The notes below the pieces were generated by a model. That model saw nothing but the letters and a program-made list of their open reading frames with translations. It did no database searches and had not been told where the DNA came from. From Schizochytrium sp. TIO01 (lineage: Eukaryota; Protista; Bigyra: Labyrinthulomycetes): a DNA stretch of 64,000 nucleotides. Position numbers and translations under genes: made by a program. Of the stretch, positions 58,885-64,000 are shown in pieces (position 1 is the first letter of the stretch; each line of letters begins with the position of its first letter). The stretch is from contig SMSO01000031.1 of the NCBI GenBank assembly GCA_004764695.1, positions 2,518,436 to 2,582,435 on the forward strand, given 5' to 3'.

Positions 58885-60276
58885 ATGGGTTGCCAGGCTC
58901 GCACTTCGTGCGCTTTCCTTCTTATCATTGCGGCAGTACTCTCAGATGTCTGGGTAGGCTCTGCGGCGAGCTTGCCAACCCTTTCAAAAAAGACTTCTCT
59001 GGCGATTTCTGATGTTGATGATGCCGTGGCGCTTTGGACCAACGACTCCCACGCAATCATTGCGCGTGAGTCTGGTGAGATTACTGCATGGATTATGGAT
59101 GAGGATGGGTATTTTCCTGCTGAGCCTCAGGGCATTCAAGTTTGCAAGAGCATAAACGGCATGGCGACGATCTTGGGAGCTACCTCTGTTATGACCATGA
59201 CATCAGCTATCTCTGAGATCTTGTCTGTGCCAATTGCTAGTAATGGCACACACGTTCGGGAACTTGATTTGGACAATTGTGTAGTTTCTAGTATTGATAT
59301 TATTTCAGCTTCTGCGAAGAGCCTTCTCGGGTTCACGGACAGCTCACTTAGCACCATGGCGATGGTAACGGATGGCGTTCTGGCAATATCTTCGGCGACA
59401 ACGCTTAGTGTAGACTCCTCTGCAAATGCACTATCGAGGCGTATTGTTTTCGTTGACACCTTTTCAGGCTCTCCGACACATATGATTAAGGTTGATTTGT
59501 CATATGGTGGCGTTTGGGATTTATTTCCGGCACTGGAGGATAACGCAATCGGGATCCTGCAGATTAGCGGTACGGATAACTCAACAGTAATGGCCGAGGC
59601 AGCAGTCTTTAAGTATAACTCAAGCAATGTTCTAAACTTGGCGAATCTGGCTGACTACACTACTGAGTCCCTTACGAGTGCATTTTCTGCGTTACCTGCA
59701 ATTGTCCAAGCAGGCTCACCATTTATTTCGACATCGTTGAGCCAAAACATAGTAAACGTACACGCTGTTTCGTTTGACTGGGATGATTATTTAGATCATT
59801 TACTGCTTTTGGAGAGCGAGACAACTCAAGCCGAGCTAGTGCTGTACGAGGAAAGCCCAACGAGTAGGCCGACATCGAAACCAACAGTTCTTACACTGTC
59901 CCCCACCCCAGAACCGACATTGCCTTTGTCGACCACGCAGCCAACGGGTAGTCCGTCTTATGCTCCAACCCCTTTCCCTACACCACATAAGATTGTCACT
60001 TCGGCACCAACATCTGCAAGCCTACTGCCAGAAGACATGCAGGTGAACTTTTTCGCTGCAGTGCTGGGGCTCTCTGCACTGACATGTTGTTGCGGATTTA
60101 TCTACACGGTGAGTCGTCGCTGTAGGGCTTCGCAGCACCACAGGCGTGAAGACGATGGTCTAGGAGAATTTGAGATGATCGACGAACCAATGTTCGATTC
60201 TTTTCTGGAGGGCCAGCAACAGCAACAACGTCGTCGTCGCACATCGTTCGGTTCTGAAGAGGTGGCTGTGATCTAG
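58885..60276 (+). CDS. Type I membrane protein: signal peptide, beta-rich ectodomain, Pro/Thr stalk, TM helix with juxtamembrane Cys, short tail
   Basis: N-terminal AFLLIIAAVLSDVWVGSAA; PTSRPTSKPT...PTPFPTP stalk; TM FFAAVLGLSALTCCCGFIYTV followed by RRCR. Confidence 0.85.
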   Translation: MGCQARTSCAFLLIIAAVLSDVWVGSAASLPTLSKKTSLAISDVDDAVALWTNDSHAIIARESGEITAWIMDEDGYFPAEPQGIQVCKSINGMATILGATSVMTMTSAISEILSVPIASNGTHVRELDLDNCVVSSIDIISASAKSLLGFTDSSLSTMAMVTDGVLAISSATTLSVDSSANALSRRIVFVDTFSGSPTHMIKVDLSYGGVWDLFPALEDNAIGILQISGTDNSTVMAEAAVFKYNSSNVLNLANLADYTTESLTSAFSALPAIVQAGSPFISTSLSQNIVNVHAVSFDWDDYLDHLLLLESETTQAELVLYEESPTSRPTSKPTVLTLSPTPEPTLPLSTTQPTGSPSYAPTPFPTPHKIVTSAPTSASLLPEDMQVNFFAAVLGLSALTCCCGFIYTVSRRCRASQHHRREDDGLGEFEMIDEPMFDSFLEGQQQQQRRRRTSFGSEEVAVI

Positions 60277-61112
60277 CTTAGGTTTTCTCTTTGTCCAAAG
60301 ATCCCCTTTTGCATGTGTAGTAGCTTGATATCCTACCCTTGGATTTTGCTCTCTTGACAATAGAAATTACGTAGGCAGCTTTTTCTACATGCCGGGGTTT
60401 CATACATCAGAGCTTATCAGAGAAAATTTTACCATCTTCTATGACTGATGAAAATCATATCCCTCTAAATCGGGGATGCATGCCATAACGGAGGTACCTT
60501 TATACCGAAATGTGGTCAGATAGGCACTATGAAATACCACTTATACATACATACGTACATACGTACATACATATCACGTGTACTTACAGTTGTTTAAAAA
60601 GGAGCCAATTTAAAAAATCATCAAAAAAGTAATAATACCTTCACCGTCTTAGTTTTACTAAACTTTCGTTGGGTTGCTTTGGACCTTTAATCAGAATCGA
60701 TCTATATTTCAATGGCACCTACGCACAACATCAAATTGAATGTGTAGGTCTAAATTCAATTTTCTCACCCAAACAAGAGTTTAATCCATTATTTGAAAAG
60801 GAAGATTGGGTGGGCTCCACTAAACACGGGTGCATGGTGCTTATGTTGTTACTTGAGTAAAGCTATGTTGGTTTAAAAAAGCAATTCTTGAGTTCAGATC
60901 TTGATCTACTTAAGTTTTCAGCGTTTACATGCATTTCTTTGTGTTGAATTGTCAATTCTCGTATTCTTATTCTTATTATTGTGTTCGTTCTTTTGCTTTA
61001 ATTAAAAGTGAAGAAGAGAGTAATACAGAGCGGAATTTGATGTGGTTAACAAGAGAGGATAGAACCTGTGTTGTTTCATCTGCTGCTGAAAGGATTTTCA
61101 TGTAAGCGAGAT

Positions 61113-61999
61113 TCACTTAAATAAACAATATGCGCCCAAGTAGGAACCTTTGGAACACCTTATTTCCTCTTTAAGGTGGATTGTTTCATCCAACAACAAA
61201 TTGATGGACGTGGCGTTGACAACATCAGGGTTTGGCCCTCTTGCTCGCTCAACGAGGTTAGCGTGATACCAAAAACCGATGGTCACGCAGAAAATGCTCA
61301 TTGTGACTCTTTCTTCGTCAAGCGGCCGGCTTGTACCCTCGCTTGACACAAGTTGCGTCTCCACGGTCAGCAAACCCTGAAAAGGCTTGGCCTTTAGGCT
61401 ACATAAGGGATAGTTAGGACTCGCCTAGCACCCAACCCATACGTTGAGTATCCTCATTCCGAAAGTGAATAAATTCTTATAAACTTCACTGCTTCTGACT
61501 ACACATACAATGGACTAAATTGCACTCAATGGACTAAACTGCGAAGGTCGCCGGAACGGCGCCTCTTTAGTAGCACTCACCCGCGTGTGTATAGAGCTGG
61601 CAATACAGATCAGACTTGCTTTCTCTGTAGCTCTGTCTGATATGACAGAGAAGAGCAGCAAGATCCCGATACTGCGTGCCGGTTTGTTGTATCTTGTTCT
61701 CTAATAAGTTCATTCGCACGAGAAGAAGAAGAAGAAGAAAAAGCACCAAAATGAGAAATAACGCTGTGAGCTTGAGGCCATCGATTTTGCTCTTTCCGAA
61801 AGAGCGACGTACAATGAAACAAACTGTATTGTCTATAGTACCTAGATATCTCTTCACTGTAGCTCTCCTCCTCCTTCTTTCTGGCACAATAGTATGCTGT
61901 CTCCCAAAAAAGAACAAAAAAAGAAAAAAGAAAAAAGAGAAAAAAACACAATGAAGATGATACCAACCGCAGCACGCCTTTATCCAGCAAATCAAACAT
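61113..61999 (-). other. Candidate spliced transcript divergent from LeuRS (exons 61999-61964, 61700-61581, 61376-61113; 139-aa ORF) or a lncRNA
   Basis: Minus-strand donors GTAAGT (62156), GTATCA (61963) and GTGAGT (61580); acceptors TTATTAG (61701) and TTTTCAG (61377). The three exons join in phase 0 without stops; no homology recognised. Confidence 0.25.
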
Positions 62000-62297
62000 A
62001 GGCGTCCACAGTCCTGTCCTTTCTGTATGTCTTCTTTGGCATAACCGCCTGTGCGTTCATGCTAGCCTCGCAGGATCATCTTGAGGTGCAAGGTGACAAA
62101 CAGAAGGAAAGTGGTTGGGCGGCTAAACTTTCTTTCTATTTTTTGTTGCTACTTACCTAGGTAGTGTTTAGTACTATGAACCTATCGATTGAATGACTCT
62201 CGTTCGTGGACGGAAAAGAAAGCGAGTTGCAGAGCAGACCCTTTTCACGCTCGCTCGACCTCCGTTCCGGCGCGAGTCGATCCCTGTTTCTGCCACC

Positions 62298-64000
62298 ATG
62301 TCGTCCCCTTCTGAGGGCGTTCCGCCTCCCGGCGCCTTCCCTCGCCGTGACCGTATTCGCAAGATCGAGCAGGAGATGCAGGCCCTTTGGGAAAGCGAGC
62401 GCGCCTTCGAGGCCGATGTGAACCCTGGCCAGCCCAAGTATCTCATCACCTTCCCTTACCCTTACTGTAACGCTCGTGCCCATCTCGGCCATGCTTTTAC
62501 GCTCTCCAAGGCCGAGTTTGCTGCTGGTTACAAGACTACCCAGGGTTTCAACGTTTGCTGGCCGTTCGGTCTCCATGTGACTGGATCTCCCATCCAGTCT
62601 GCTGCTTTCAAGCTCAAGGCAGAGATGGAGAAGTACGGTGTTCCCGTTCGCGTCCCTGAGGATGATGGCGAGGACGAGGCCGAGGCTGTTGAGAAGGACG
62701 CTACTGCAGATGTTGGCAAGTTCAAGGCAAAGAAGACCAAGGCTAACCAGAAGTCTGGAGGTCGCGCTAAAACTCAATGGGAGATTCTTGTGATGTCCGG
62801 TGTACCTGAGTCCGAGATCCCCAAGTTCGCCGATCCCTTGTACTGGCTTGACTACTTCCCTCGTCTCTACGAGTCTGACCTCAAGTTGTTTGGTGCTCGC
62901 GTTGACTGGCGCAGATCTTTCATCACAACTGCTGAGAACCCGTTTTACGACGCTTTCATCCGTTGGCAGTTCTTGCGTCTGCGGGACGCTGGTAAGATCG
63001 CCTTCGGTCGCCGCCCTACGGTCTTCTCGCCGCTTGACAAGCAAGCCTGTGCTGACCACGATCGTAGCAAGGGTGAGAACGTTGGCCCCCAGGAGTACAT
63101 GCTTGTTAAGCTTAAGGTCCTTGAGGCACCGACCTCTGTCACAGAGCGCATCCCTCAGATCGCTGACCCTATCAACAACGGAGAGGTCTTTATGGTTGCA
63201 GCAACTCTCCGTCCTGAGACCATGTACGGACAAACAAACTGCTATGTTCTTCCTTCTGGAGAATACGGCGTCTACGAGTTTGATGTTCTTCACTCCGCTA
63301 ACTCTCAGGAACGTGTGCGTCAGTACCTCATCTGCGCACCGAGAGCTGCCCGCAACATGTCATACCAGGATGCTTTCGTGCCTGCTGAGCAGCAGGGCGA
63401 GCTCAAGCTTTTGGGCATGATTTCTGGCAAGGAGCTTGTCGGAGTTCCTGTCAAGGCCCCCAAGGCAAAATACGAACGCGTGTACACCCTTCCCCTCTTG
63501 TCGATCTCCATGAACAAGGGAACTGGTGTTGTGACCTCTGTGCCTTCGGACAGTGCTGATGACTACGCTGCTCTTCGTGACTGGAAGACCGATGAGAAGC
63601 TTCGTGCTAAGTACGGAGTTACCGAGGAGATGGTTGCGCCCTTTGATATTGTGCCTGTGATCAACATTCCGGGACTTGGCGACCGTGCAGCAGAGGTCAT
63701 GGTTGAGAAACTGAAGATCAAGTCGCAGAATGATGAGAAGAAGCTCAAGGAGGCTAAGGCGGAGACATACAAGCGTGGCTTCTATGAGGGTATCATGATC
63801 GCTGGTAAGGAGGATGGCGTTGAGGGAATGAAGGTTGCTGAGGCCAAGGATGTTGTCAAGGCCAAGATGTGTGAGGATAACGAGGCCATTATCTACTTCG
63901 AGCCGGAGAGCGAGGTTGTCAGCCGCTCTGGTGACGAGTGTGTTGTGGCACACCTCGATCAGTGGTTCCTTAAGTATGGTGAGGAGGAATGGCGCGAGAA
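62298..64000 (+). CDS. LARS1: Cytosolic leucyl-tRNA synthetase, 5' part (runs off the window; missing from the ORF track)
   Basis: GCCACCATG start. TFPYPYCNARAHLGH (HIGH motif), DWRRSFITT, WQF, CADHDRSKGE, editing domain ATLRPETMYGQTN and KGTGVVTSVPSDS, SRSGDECVVA..DQWFL. Strong C/T-ending codon bias. Confidence 0.96.
   Translation, partial: MSSPSEGVPPPGAFPRRDRIRKIEQEMQALWESERAFEADVNPGQPKYLITFPYPYCNARAHLGHAFTLSKAEFAAGYKTTQGFNVCWPFGLHVTGSPIQSAAFKLKAEMEKYGVPVRVPEDDGEDEAEAVEKDATADVGKFKAKKTKANQKSGGRAKTQWEILVMSGVPESEIPKFADPLYWLDYFPRLYESDLKLFGARVDWRRSFITTAENPFYDAFIRWQFLRLRDAGKIAFGRRPTVFSPLDKQACADHDRSKGENVGPQEYMLVKLKVLEAPTSVTERIPQIADPINNGEVFMVAATLRPETMYGQTNCYVLPSGEYGVYEFDVLHSANSQERVRQYLICAPRAARNMSYQDAFVPAEQQGELKLLGMISGKELVGVPVKAPKAKYERVYTLPLLSISMNKGTGVVTSVPSDSADDYAALRDWKTDEKLRAKYGVTEEMVAPFDIVPVINIPGLGDRAAEVMVEKLKIKSQNDEKKLKEAKAETYKRGFYEGIMIAGKEDGVEGMKVAEAKDVVKAKMCEDNEAIIYFEPESEVVSRSGDECVVAHLDQWFLKYGEEEWRE

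Noticed and set aside
62157-63953. Long minus-strand ORFs (378 and 197 aa) and the plus-strand 206-aa ORF at 62800
   Set aside because: Shadow frames of the codon-biased LeuRS gene, which the track missed because it has no stop inside the window.

Overview
Eukaryotic, intron-poor nuclear DNA, not bacterial: GT-AG introns, flagellar, centrosomal and chromatin genes. Gene content suggests a flagellated heterotrophic stramenopile, probably a thraustochytrid (inference). The ORF track often uses GTG/TTG starts, so I corrected starts to ATG and rebuilt spliced genes by hand. Genes in order: probable decayed KDZ-like transposase relic (1-2200), TrmA/RumA-family m5U methyltransferase, LpxB (1 intron), G-protein gamma subunit, myosin-IQ-RCC1, DnaJ with three SH3-like repeats, DRC8/EFCAB2, a hypothetical protein, KIF6-like kinesin (1 intron), two tail-to-tail overlapping hypothetical genes, a spliced 80-aa serine palmitoyltransferase small subunit only partly shown in the ORF track, a 2337-aa multidomain SNF2 remodeler, a two-repeat voltage-gated cation channel with TLEDW filters and EF-hands, a 3-exon CEP85-like CaaX protein, a type I membrane protein, and the 5' part of cytosolic LeuRS (absent from the track). 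Best leads: the 2x6TM TLEDW/TLEDW channel, the remodeler with WW, HMG, H1-like and PHD modules plus a duplicated unnamed motif, and the MyoH-like myosin. No rRNA, tRNA or CRISPR array was recognised. All family calls come from motif recognition, not database searches.
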